This document shows, piece by piece, positions 1 to 9,430 of a stretch of 13,062 nt of DNA. This DNA comes from Candidatus Krumholzibacteriia bacterium. GTDB taxonomy: Bacteria; Krumholzibacteriota; Krumholzibacteriia; LZORAL124-64-63. The stretch is from assembly GCA_036351155.1 (NCBI GenBank), contig JAZBOO010000276.1:1-13062 (forward strand), read 5' to 3'. The notes under the pieces were generated by a model. It was given only the letters and a program-made list of their open reading frames with translations, had not been told where the DNA came from and did no database searches. Position 1 is the stretch's first letter, and every line of letters starts with the position of its first letter. A program made the translations under genes and the position numbers.

Positions 1-2
1 AC

Positions 3-1439
<1,437 letters not shown>

Positions 1440-1452
1440 GAAGGGACTGTTC

Positions 1453-2022
1453 ATGACGAACATGAGCCAGGTTCTCAAGCTCATCGGCATCGGTTTCGGG
1501 CTGGCGTTGCTGCTGGTCGTGGCGGTCGGGTTTCTGTTGCCCAGCCGGTACACCATCACGCGCTCGGTGGTCATCGCCGTGCCGGTTGAGCAGGTCCACC
1601 GCTACGTGGGCGACCTCGAGCAGTGGCCCCTGTGGACACCCTGGCTGGCATCCGACCCTTCGACAGTGATCACTCCGGGCGCCCTTTCTCAAGGCAAGGG
1701 CGCCCATTTTTCCTGGACCACCGATTCGGGAGGCGGCGAGCTCACCTTTTCCCGCAGTCAGCCCGACTGGGGAGTGGCCTTCGACATGACCCTGGGCAAG
1801 GACAAGCGGGCGACCGCCTGCAGCCTGCTCTACCGCTCCATCCAGCAAGGCACCGAGGTGACCTGGCAAATGCAGGGCGATAGCGGACTGGACATTCTGG
1901 GCCGGTACTTTAATCTGCTGTTGAACCCCTTGATGGGCCCCATGCTGGACGAAGGCTTGCAGCAGCTGAAGAGTCTGGCGGAGCAAGATGCCCCAGAGGA
2001 GGTCACCAAGCACGCTGCCTGA
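1453..2022 (+). CDS. SRPBCC (START/Bet v1-like, polyketide cyclase family) protein with N-terminal membrane anchor
   Basis: Hydrophobic N-terminus (LIGIGFGLALLLVVAVGFLLP), then RSVVIAVPVEQVHRYVGDLEQWPLWTPW, GTEVTWQM and a C-terminal helix MLDEGLQQLKSLAE, all typical of SRPBCC. A purine-rich RBS (aggaaggga) lies upstream; ATG 1462 is an alternative start. Confidence 0.85.
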   Translation: MTNMSQVLKLIGIGFGLALLLVVAVGFLLPSRYTITRSVVIAVPVEQVHRYVGDLEQWPLWTPWLASDPSTVITPGALSQGKGAHFSWTTDSGGGELTFSRSQPDWGVAFDMTLGKDKRATACSLLYRSIQQGTEVTWQMQGDSGLDILGRYFNLLLNPLMGPMLDEGLQQLKSLAEQDAPEEVTKHAA

Positions 2023-2055
2023 ACCGGCGGCCCCATTTGGCGAAAGGGAAATTCC

Positions 2056-2520
2056 ATGGCCCCCATCACCCTCAAGGTCAATGGCAAGACCCACCAGCTT
2101 GCGGTCGATCCCGAAACTCCCCTTCTCTGGGTCCTGCGCGACCACCTCCACCTGACCGGCACCAAGTATTCCTGCGGCATCAGCGAGTGCGGCGCTTGCA
2201 CCGTCATGATGGACAACCAGGCCATCCGGTCCTGTGTGACCACCGCTCAGGAAGCTCAGGGGCACGACATCGTCACCATCGAAGGTCTGGAACTGACCGA
2301 CCTGAAGCCCCTGCAAGACGCCTGGATCAGCGAAGAGGTGAGCCAGTGCGGGTATTGCCAGCCCGGCCAGCTGATGACCGCCGCGGCCTTGTTGCGCCAC
2401 AATCCCGCCCCCACCACCGAGGAGATCGACGCGGAAATGTCCGACGTGCTGTGCCGGTGCGGCACCTACCTGAGGATCCGGACCGCCGTGGCCAAGGCGG
2501 CCAAGGAGGTGCGCTCATGA
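2056..2520 (+). CDS. (2Fe-2S)-binding small subunit of a xanthine oxidase-family molybdo-hydroxylase (IorA/CoxS-like)
   Basis: TPLLWVLRD, GTKYSCGISECGACTV...SC (first 2Fe-2S cluster), TIEGL, and QCGYCQPG plus CRCGTY (second cluster). 154 aa with no signal peptide. Confidence 0.95.
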   Translation: MAPITLKVNGKTHQLAVDPETPLLWVLRDHLHLTGTKYSCGISECGACTVMMDNQAIRSCVTTAQEAQGHDIVTIEGLELTDLKPLQDAWISEEVSQCGYCQPGQLMTAAALLRHNPAPTTEEIDAEMSDVLCRCGTYLRIRTAVAKAAKEVRS

Positions 2521-4640
2521 GCCCGCTGGTCAACCTGAGTCGCCGCGATTTCCTGAAAGCCGGGGCCGCCTTTTCGGGGGCCCTGATCCTGGGCTTCAAG
2601 CTGGAGGAAGCACAGGGCGCCGGACCTGATTCCGAGGCCATTTTCAACCCCAACGCCTGGCTGGAGATCTCGCCCGATGGCCCGGTGATCATTCACGTGC
2701 CCTGGACCGAACTGGGGCAGGGTGTGCTGACGGCCATGAGCATGATCCTGGCCGAGGAACTGGAAGCCGACTGGGAAAAGGTGGAAATTCGCAAGGCCTG
2801 GAACGATCCCCGCTTCGGGCGCATGGGCACCGGCGGCAGCCGCAGCATCCGCACCAGCTGGGATCCGGTGCGCCAGGCGGGCGCCGCCGCGCGGGTCATG
2901 CTGGAACAGGCCGCCGCGGCGCGCTGGGGCGTTTCGTCCCGTGAAGTCGTGGCTCGCCAATCATACATCCACTGGCGCGGAACCGATCTCAAGCTAAGCT
3001 TCGCCGAGCTGGCGAAAGAGGCCGCCAGGCTGGATGTGCCCCGTGATGTGCCCCTGAAAACCCGGGCCCAGCGCAAGCTGGTGGGCACGTCTGTACAGCG
3101 GATCGATGCCGTGGACAAGGCCACAGGCCGGGCCCTCTTTGGTTGCGACCATCGATTCGAAGGCATGGTGCGCGCCGTGGTGGCCCGCTGCCCCGTGCTG
3201 GGCGGCAAGGTGGCCAGTTTCGATGCCCGCCAGGCCCTGAAAAGCCCCGGCGTGGTGGGCGTCCACGAGATCTCCAATGGGGTGGCCGTGCTGGCCAATA
3301 CCACCTGGGAGGCCATCAAGGGCCGCGAAGCCCTGAGCATCACCTGGGATGAAGGTGATGCCGCTGATCTGGACAGCGCCGGCATCAGCGCACTTCTGCA
3401 GAGCAAGGAGGCCGACGAAGCCGCCGTGATGCGGCGGGACGGGGACTTTGCCCGAGAACTGAAAGCGGCGCCGACCAGTGTCCAGGCCGTCTATGAGCTC
3501 CCCTATCTCTCCCACTCTCCCATGGAGCCCATGAACTGCACCGCCTGGATCGAGGGCGACCATTGCGAAGTGTGGGGCCCCATCCAGTCGGTCAGCTGGG
3601 CCGAGGGCGTGGCTGCTGAAGCGGCCGGCGTCCCGTCCGAGAACGTGCGCATCCAGCCCACCTACTCGGGCGGCGGCTTCGGTCGGCGACTGATGGTGGA
3701 TTATGTCCGTGAGGTCGTGGAAATCGCCAAAGCCTCGGGAAGCAAGGTCCAGCTGTTCTGGACCCGGGAGGACAACACGCGGCACGGGTTCTATCGACCC
3801 GCCAGTCGCCACGCCATGAAGGGCACCCTGGACAGCAAAGGCCGGGTGACGGGATGGTCCCACCACCTGGCCTGCCCCTCCATCAGCGGACAGCTGAGTC
3901 CCGACCGTTTTCCGGACGGACGTGACGAAGGGGCCGTGGACGGCGCGATCAACCTGTCCTACGCCATCGACCACGTGGATGTGCTGTACTCCATGACCAA
4001 CACGGCCGTGCCCACGGGCTGGCTGCGCTCGGTGTACAACACCCAGAACGCGATGGCCAACGAGTGCTTCGTGGATGAGCTGGCGGTGGCGGCCGGCCGC
4101 GACCCGGTGGCGCTGCGCCGGGAAATGTTGCCTGCCGATTCACGCCTGCTGACCACCCTGAACCGGGCCGCCCGGGAATGGGGCTGGCCGGGACAGCCTC
4201 CCGCGGGCCGAGGCTGGGGCGTGGCCTGCCATGCCAGCTTCGGCAGCTACGTGACCAACATGGCCGAGGTCTCGGTTCAGAGCGGCCGGGTGCGGGTGCA
4301 CAAGGTCCTCTGCGTGGTCGATTGCGGCCCGGTGGTGCATCCCGACGGCGTCCGAAGCCAGATGGAAGGCGGCACCGCCTATGCCCTGTCGGGACTGCTG
4401 CGCGAGGAGATCACGGTCGAGAACGGGCGTGTTCAGCAGTCCAACTTCGATGACTATCTCCCCTTGCGGCTCGATGAGATGCCCGAGGTCGAGGTGATTG
4501 CCCTGGACAGCGAACTGCCCATCGGCGGCATCGGCGAGCCGGGCTACCCCGCGGTGGGCCCGGCGGTCCTGAATGCCGTGTACAACCTGACCGGTCAGCG
4601 GGTGCGCAAGCTGCCCCTGGCCGGCAACTTCAAGGGATAG
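2517..4640 (+). CDS. Molybdopterin-binding large subunit, xanthine dehydrogenase family (isoquinoline 1-oxidoreductase beta / aldehyde oxidoreductase-like), Tat-exported
   Basis: ATG 2517 overlaps the small-subunit stop (ATGA) with an AGGAGG RBS just upstream. Twin-arginine motif SRRDFLK is followed by a hydrophobic stretch. Family motifs: ELGQG, TGGSRS, HSPMEPMNC, GGGFGRR, WTREDN, QMEGG, QSNFDDY, GIGEPG. 707 aa. Confidence 0.94.
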   Translation: MSPLVNLSRRDFLKAGAAFSGALILGFKLEEAQGAGPDSEAIFNPNAWLEISPDGPVIIHVPWTELGQGVLTAMSMILAEELEADWEKVEIRKAWNDPRFGRMGTGGSRSIRTSWDPVRQAGAAARVMLEQAAAARWGVSSREVVARQSYIHWRGTDLKLSFAELAKEAARLDVPRDVPLKTRAQRKLVGTSVQRIDAVDKATGRALFGCDHRFEGMVRAVVARCPVLGGKVASFDARQALKSPGVVGVHEISNGVAVLANTTWEAIKGREALSITWDEGDAADLDSAGISALLQSKEADEAAVMRRDGDFARELKAAPTSVQAVYELPYLSHSPMEPMNCTAWIEGDHCEVWGPIQSVSWAEGVAAEAAGVPSENVRIQPTYSGGGFGRRLMVDYVREVVEIAKASGSKVQLFWTREDNTRHGFYRPASRHAMKGTLDSKGRVTGWSHHLACPSISGQLSPDRFPDGRDEGAVDGAINLSYAIDHVDVLYSMTNTAVPTGWLRSVYNTQNAMANECFVDELAVAAGRDPVALRREMLPADSRLLTTLNRAAREWGWPGQPPAGRGWGVACHASFGSYVTNMAEVSVQSGRVRVHKVLCVVDCGPVVHPDGVRSQMEGGTAYALSGLLREEITVENGRVQQSNFDDYLPLRLDEMPEVEVIALDSELPIGGIGEPGYPAVGPAVLNAVYNLTGQRVRKLPLAGNFKG

Positions 4641-4642
4641 GA

Positions 4643-5431
4643 ATGGTGTCCATGAAATGCTGTCGTCTGCTCATGGTGCCCTTGCTGGCCCTGATGGCCG
4701 GGTGCGCCATGAATCAGCCACATATTGAAACCGGCTTCCTGAATCGTGCCGTGCACAGCGGGAACACCGACCACCTGTACCAGGTTTTTGTCCCGCGCCA
4801 CTATGACCCGGGTATCCCGTGGCCGGTGATCTTGTTTTTGCACGGATCGGGCGAACGCGGCCACGAGGGTTCCCGCCCTACCCAGGAAGGATTCGGCGAG
4901 ACCCTGCGCTGGAATCCCGAGCGCTGGCCGGCTATCGTGGTGTTCCCCCAGGCCCCCGAGGATGCCTCCTGGGTGGGGGCCGCCGGTGAAACGGCCATGG
5001 CGGCACTCCATGCCACGGAAGCCGAGTTTTCCACCGACCCCGACCGCATCTACCTGACCGGCCTTTCGCTGGGCGGGCAGGGAACCTGGCACCTGGCCCA
5101 TGAACACCCGGAACGCTTCGCCGCCCTGGTGCCCGTCTGTGGATTCATCGACGGAAACGGGCGTTACCCCGGAGTCATGCCCTCCTCCGAAGTTGACCCC
5201 TACGGAGCCCTGGCCGCGGAGCTGGCCGGGATCCCGATCTGGATTTTCCACGGGGCCGACGATCCCGTGGTTCCGGTGGAAGGGGCACGCAAAATGGCCG
5301 CGGCCCTGGAAGCGGCAGGTGCCGAGGTCCGTTTCGACGAATTGCCCGAGGTGGGTCACAACGCCTGGGATCCGGCGTATTCGCGGGAAGAACTGGCCAC
5401 CTGGATTTTCAGCCAAAAGAGAAGGAAATAG
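4643..5431 (+). CDS. Alpha/beta hydrolase (predicted peptidase / carboxylesterase-phospholipase-like), probable lipoprotein
   Basis: Signal peptide ending in lipobox-like LMAG-C (Cys codon 4703). Motifs PVILFLHGSGERG, VVFPQ, DPDRIYLTGLSLGG (nucleophile Ser), FHGADDPVVP (Asp) and GHNAW (His). The start may be ATG 4652. Confidence 0.88.
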   Translation: MVSMKCCRLLMVPLLALMAGCAMNQPHIETGFLNRAVHSGNTDHLYQVFVPRHYDPGIPWPVILFLHGSGERGHEGSRPTQEGFGETLRWNPERWPAIVVFPQAPEDASWVGAAGETAMAALHATEAEFSTDPDRIYLTGLSLGGQGTWHLAHEHPERFAALVPVCGFIDGNGRYPGVMPSSEVDPYGALAAELAGIPIWIFHGADDPVVPVEGARKMAAALEAAGAEVRFDELPEVGHNAWDPAYSREELATWIFSQKRRK

Positions 5432-5441
5432 GAGCATCACC

Positions 5442-6215
5442 ATGTTGAAGAACAAGATTGTCCTGATCACCGGAGCCAGTGCGGGCATTGGCGAGGCCTG
5501 CGCCCGATCCTTTGCCCGGGAGGGTGCCCGGCTCATCCTGGCGGCCCGCCGTCAGGAAAAACTGGAGTCCCTCGCCTCCGAGATGAAGGCCGAGCACGGC
5601 ACCGACTGTCACCTGATCACCCTGGATGTGCGGGAGCGCGAAACCGTCAACCAGGTGATCGCCGACTTGCCCTCCGCCTGGGCCGAGATCGACATCCTGC
5701 TGAACAACGCGGGCCTGAGCCGTGGGCTGGACAAGGTGCAAGACGGCTACTGGCTGGACTGGGAAGAGATGATCGACACCAACGTCAAGGGGCTGCTGTG
5801 GCTCAGCCGCGCGGTGATGCCCGGCATGGTGGCCCGCGACCGTGGACATGTGATCAACATCGGCAGCATCGCCGGGCGTCAGGTCTATCCGGGCGGCAAC
5901 GTCTACTGCGCCACCAAGTATGCGGTGCGCGCGCTCACCCAGGGCATGCGGATCGATCTGCTGGGCACAATGGTGCGCTGCTCCACCGTGGATCCCGGCA
6001 TGGTCGAGACGGAGTTCAGCGAGGTGCGTTTCCGCGGCGACACCGAGCGGGCCGGCACGGTGTATCAGAACTTTCCGCCGCTGAAGGCCGACGACATCGC
6101 CGAGACGGTCCTGTTCTGTGCCACCAGGCCGCCCCATGTGAACATCCACGAGGTGCTGATCATGCCTCAGGACCAGGCGGCGGCCTATGCCTCGTACCCT
6201 CGTGGGGTGGACTGA
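5442..6215 (+). CDS. Short-chain dehydrogenase/reductase, NADP-dependent YdfG-like (3-hydroxy acid / serine dehydrogenase subgroup)
   Basis: AGGAG RBS before ATG 5442. Motifs TGASAGIG, AARR (NADP preference), LLNNAGL, MIDTNVKG, GSIAG, catalytic YCATK, DPGMVETEFSEVRF and RPPHVNI. 257 aa. Confidence 0.93.
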   Translation: MLKNKIVLITGASAGIGEACARSFAREGARLILAARRQEKLESLASEMKAEHGTDCHLITLDVRERETVNQVIADLPSAWAEIDILLNNAGLSRGLDKVQDGYWLDWEEMIDTNVKGLLWLSRAVMPGMVARDRGHVINIGSIAGRQVYPGGNVYCATKYAVRALTQGMRIDLLGTMVRCSTVDPGMVETEFSEVRFRGDTERAGTVYQNFPPLKADDIAETVLFCATRPPHVNIHEVLIMPQDQAAAYASYPRGVD

Positions 6216-6282
6216 CTTATCGTTTGGTGCGACCAGGCCCACCTGATCAGATCCTGGCCCCAGCTACCGGAAAACTGGCCGC

Positions 6283-6318
6283 AAGGCGGGATCCCCTCGG
6301 GGGTCCCGTCTTTTGTTG
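6283..6318 (+). terminator. Rho-independent terminator ending block 1
   Basis: Stem aaggcgggatccc, loop ctcg, then ggggtcccgtctt (13 bp including two G-U pairs), running into ttttgtt. It lies about 67 nt after the SDR stop. Confidence 0.8.
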
Positions 6319-6377
6319 AACGCCAGCAATTGGCGCCCTTTTGCCTTCAGAACACCCAAAAAATTCCCCCCAACGGC

Positions 6378-6406
6378 TTGTTTTCTCCCGCTGAGGTGAG
6401 CACGAT
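6378..6406 (+). promoter_or_regulatory. Possible sigma70-type promoter for the type IV filament operon
   Basis: TTGTTT (6378-6383), a 17-nt spacer, then CACGAT (6401-6406), with an A-tract upstream at about 6358-6363. Each hexamer matches consensus at only 3/6, so support is weak. Confidence 0.25.
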
Positions 6407-6549
6407 CACCGGTCAACAGGAGAAATCCCCACGGAATGGAACTTGCCCTTCATTTCCCGGATAACCAGGAAACCCCCGACGTGTGGGCGGTTTCCGCGTG
6501 ACTTAAGTTGATGTTTCATGCGCTCCGGAACCAGAGTTGGGGGAGAAGA

Positions 6550-8226
6550 ATGGCCCAGGTCAAGACCAAGAGAATGGGCGAGATCCTGATCGAAGCGGGG
6601 ATCATCACCGAGGAAAAGCTGCAGCTGGCCCTCGGGGAACAGAAGCAAACCGGGGAAAAGCTGGGGGCCACCCTGCAGCGCCTGGGCATCTGTTCCGAAG
6701 GGGAAATCACCAAGGTGCTGGCCGGACAGGCCGGGGTCGATTCGGTCGAGCTCAGCGAGATGGCCATCGAACGTGCGGCGGCCGAGCTGGTGGACCGCAA
6801 GTTTGCCGAACAGCGCAGCGTCCTGGCCCTGAACCAGCACGGACGGACCCTGAAGGTGGCCATGTCCAATCCCATGGACCTGGGGACCATCGACGATCTG
6901 GCCCGCATGACCGGCAAATATATCGAAGTGGTCCACGCTCCGGAACGGGACATTCACGATTCCATCATTCGATTGCTGGGCTCGGGTTCGGAGATCGCCG
7001 GCGAGATTCCCCTGCTCATCGAGCAGTCCCAGCGCGCCCTCAACACCGGAGCCCGACTGGAAGAAGAGGACTCCCCCTTTATCCGTCTGGTGAACGAGAT
7101 CATGGCCGAGGGCATTGTGCTCGGGGCCACCGATCTGCACATCGAGCCCGAGGAGAAGGTGCTACGCTGCCGCTACCGGGTGGACGGACACCTGATCCAG
7201 GGCGCCGTGCTGCCCCTGGAACTGCAGAGCATCGTGATCACCCGGATCAAGATCCTGGCCGACCTGGACATCTCCGAAAACCGGGTGCCCCAGGATGGGC
7301 GCATCCTGTTCGACACCGGCCGCAAAAAAGTGGACCTGCGTGTCTCCACCTTCCCCACCGTCCACGGTGAAGGGGTGGTTTGTCGCGTGCTGGACAAGGA
7401 GAATCTGATCGTGGGCCTGGAGCGCCTGGGCATGCCCAAGTACATCCAGGACAAGTTCCGGCGTGACATCACCAAGCCCAACGGCATCGTCCTGGTGACG
7501 GGCCCCACCGGCTCGGGCAAGACCACCACGCTGTATTCTGCGCTCACCTACCTGAACAAGCCCAACACCAAGATCATCACCCTGGAAGACCCGGTGGAAT
7601 ACGAGCTGCCGGTCATCAACCAGGCCCAGATCAACAACGCCAAGGGCTTCACCTTCGCCAAGGGATTGCGGGCCATTCTGCGGCAGGATCCGGACATCCT
7701 GCTGGTGGGTGAGATTCGCGATGTGGAAACCGCTCAGCTGGCCATCCGCGCCTCGCTGACGGGACATCTGGTGTTCAGCACCTTGCACACCAACAGTGCC
7801 GCCGGGGCCATTCCCCGCCTGCTGGACATGGGCGTGGAGCCCTTCCTGCTGTCGGCCACCTTGATCTCGGTTCTGGCCCAGCGCCTGGTGCGCACCAATT
7901 GCCCCGATTGTGGGCAACCCGTGGAGCCGGATCCGGTGGACATGAAGATCCTGGGCCTGGAAGCTGCCGATCTGGCCGGAGCCAGCATCAAGGCCGGACC
8001 GGGCTGTAACCTTTGTCGCCAGACCGGGTACCGCGGGCGCATGGCCGTCTTCGAGTACCTTCAGGTCAGTCCCGATATTCGCGCCCTGATTGCCCAGGGC
8101 AAGGATGCCATGGTCATCGAACAGGCCGCCCGCGATGAGGGGCAACTGAGCCTCAAGGACCACACCCTGGATCAGTTCAAGGAAGGCCGGACCACACTGG
8201 CTGAAGTGACGAGGGTGATCGCATGA
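6550..8226 (+). CDS. gspE: GspE/PulE/PilB family secretion or pilus assembly ATPase with N-terminal MshEN domain
   Basis: GGGGAG RBS before ATG 6550. Tandem MshEN motifs, ATDLHIEP, LDISENRVPQDGR, Walker A GPTGSGKT, Asp box TLEDPVE, Walker B RQDPDILLVGEIRD, His box GHLVFSTLH, and Zn motif CPDC...CNLC. 558 aa. Whether it is gspE or pilB cannot be settled by eye. Confidence 0.95.
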   Translation: MAQVKTKRMGEILIEAGIITEEKLQLALGEQKQTGEKLGATLQRLGICSEGEITKVLAGQAGVDSVELSEMAIERAAAELVDRKFAEQRSVLALNQHGRTLKVAMSNPMDLGTIDDLARMTGKYIEVVHAPERDIHDSIIRLLGSGSEIAGEIPLLIEQSQRALNTGARLEEEDSPFIRLVNEIMAEGIVLGATDLHIEPEEKVLRCRYRVDGHLIQGAVLPLELQSIVITRIKILADLDISENRVPQDGRILFDTGRKKVDLRVSTFPTVHGEGVVCRVLDKENLIVGLERLGMPKYIQDKFRRDITKPNGIVLVTGPTGSGKTTTLYSALTYLNKPNTKIITLEDPVEYELPVINQAQINNAKGFTFAKGLRAILRQDPDILLVGEIRDVETAQLAIRASLTGHLVFSTLHTNSAAGAIPRLLDMGVEPFLLSATLISVLAQRLVRTNCPDCGQPVEPDPVDMKILGLEAADLAGASIKAGPGCNLCRQTGYRGRMAVFEYLQVSPDIRALIAQGKDAMVIEQAARDEGQLSLKDHTLDQFKEGRTTLAEVTRVIA

Positions 8227-9419
8227 AAGAATTTCGCTACAGCGCGCTGACCGTCAGCGGCAACACCGTCACCGGAATCCGCATGTCCGAGACCCGGGAT
8301 CAGCTGGCTCGTGAACTGCTGGAATCGGGCCTCGTGTTGCTGAAGATCCAGGCCGGGGCCGGGGCTCTCGGCGCCATTTTCAATCCCCGGAAAGCCAACC
8401 GCAAGGATCTGCGCGACTTCACCCAGCACATGGCCACCTGCCTGTCCGCGGGAATCACCGCGGTGAGCGCCCTGTCCGACTTCCAGTCGAGCAAGAAAGG
8501 CCACTTCTCCGAGGTGCTGGCCGATATCCGCAGCGATGTCAGCAGCGGCACCCAGCTGGACGAGGCCTTTGCCCGCCACCCGGAAGTGTTCAACCCCGTG
8601 TACCTTTCTCTGGTCAAGGCCGGCCAGACCTCGGGCAATCTGGACACCACCTTCGAAGAACTGGTGGCCTATCTGGAGTGGAACGAGAACCTGCGCAGCC
8701 AGGCCACCCAGGCCATGATCTACCCGGCGCTGCTGTTCACGGCCATCATCGGACTGTTCATGCTGATGATGCTCTTCGTGATCCCGCGATTCAAAGGGGC
8801 CTTCTCCAGTTTCGGATCCAACCTTCCCCCGCTGACGGTCAAGATGCTGGCCCTGGGTGACTTCATGGGGCACTGGTGGTGGGCCATTCTCGGGCTCATG
8901 TTCGGGGCCTTCGTGGGGTCCAGGCTGTCCTTGCGCACCGAAAAGGGTGCCTTCCTGAGAGACCGTATCCTTCTGGCCTCCCCCGTGCTGGGGGGCTTTG
9001 TCCACAAGATCGCCCTCAGTCGATTCGCCAAGACCTTCAGCCTGATCATCGCCTCGGGCACCGATCTGCTGAAGGTGCTGGAGCTCATGCAGGACGTGGT
9101 CAGCAACCGCGTCATGGCCAAGGAACTGGTCACGATTCGCAAGCGTGTGGCGTCCGGTGAGAACCTCTCCACCAGCTTCGCGGAGGCGAAAACCTTTCCC
9201 ATCTTGATCCGGCGTTTGATCACCGTGGGCGAAATGACAGGTAGCCTGGACAGCTCACTGATGCGGGGTTCGGAGTACCTGGATCGGGAAATCCCCCGCG
9301 ACCTGAAGCGGGCCTTCACCATTTTCGAGGCCGTGATCATCGCCATCCTCGGAGCGATGGTCTGCGTGGCGTCCCTCAGCCTGCTGATGCCCATCATGAG
9401 CATCAGGGCGGACATGTAG
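8223..9419 (+). CDS. gspF: GspF/PilC family inner-membrane platform protein
   Basis: ATGA overlap with the ATPase stop. Motifs FTQHMATCLSAGI, AFARHPEVFNPVYLSLVKAGQTSGNLD, AMIYP, FVIPRF, LPPLT, SRFAKTFSLIIASG and VGEMTGSLD. Three TM segments, 398 aa. Confidence 0.94.
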   Translation: MKEFRYSALTVSGNTVTGIRMSETRDQLARELLESGLVLLKIQAGAGALGAIFNPRKANRKDLRDFTQHMATCLSAGITAVSALSDFQSSKKGHFSEVLADIRSDVSSGTQLDEAFARHPEVFNPVYLSLVKAGQTSGNLDTTFEELVAYLEWNENLRSQATQAMIYPALLFTAIIGLFMLMMLFVIPRFKGAFSSFGSNLPPLTVKMLALGDFMGHWWWAILGLMFGAFVGSRLSLRTEKGAFLRDRILLASPVLGGFVHKIALSRFAKTFSLIIASGTDLLKVLELMQDVVSNRVMAKELVTIRKRVASGENLSTSFAEAKTFPILIRRLITVGEMTGSLDSSLMRGSEYLDREIPRDLKRAFTIFEAVIIAILGAMVCVASLSLLMPIMSIRADM

Positions 9420-9430
9420 GAAAGGACGTG

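Noticed and set aside
2037..2516. 867-aa ORF suggesting a long N-terminal extension of the Mo subunit
   Set aside because: The extension is an Arg/Pro/His-rich off-frame shadow of the 2Fe-2S gene. ATG 2517 has an AGGAGG RBS and puts the Tat motif at the N-terminus.
2517..4640. Calling the molybdoenzyme a CO dehydrogenase (coxL) or xanthine dehydrogenase
   Set aside because: It lacks the AYxCSFR/AYxGAGR active-site loop and a FAD subunit, and the Tat signal and motif order fit the IorB-like group.
5100..5441. 371-aa version of the SDR
   Set aside because: The extension overlaps the hydrolase gene in another frame. The Rossmann motif begins right after ATG 5442, which has its own RBS.
6331..6344. 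Sigma54-like TGGCGCCCTTTTGC upstream of the filament operon
   Set aside because: The GG-to-GC spacing is 9 nt, whereas sigma54 -24/-12 promoters require 10.
6508..6549. Upstream TTG/ATG start for the ATPase
   Set aside because: ATG 6550 has a clear GGGGAG RBS and places MshEN at the N-terminus as expected.
6320..6549. c-di-GMP (GEMM) riboswitch, plausible ahead of a pilus-type operon
   Set aside because: I could not find the GGCAAA...GAAA tetraloop...GACGCAAAG core pattern by eye. An Rfam scan would be decisive.
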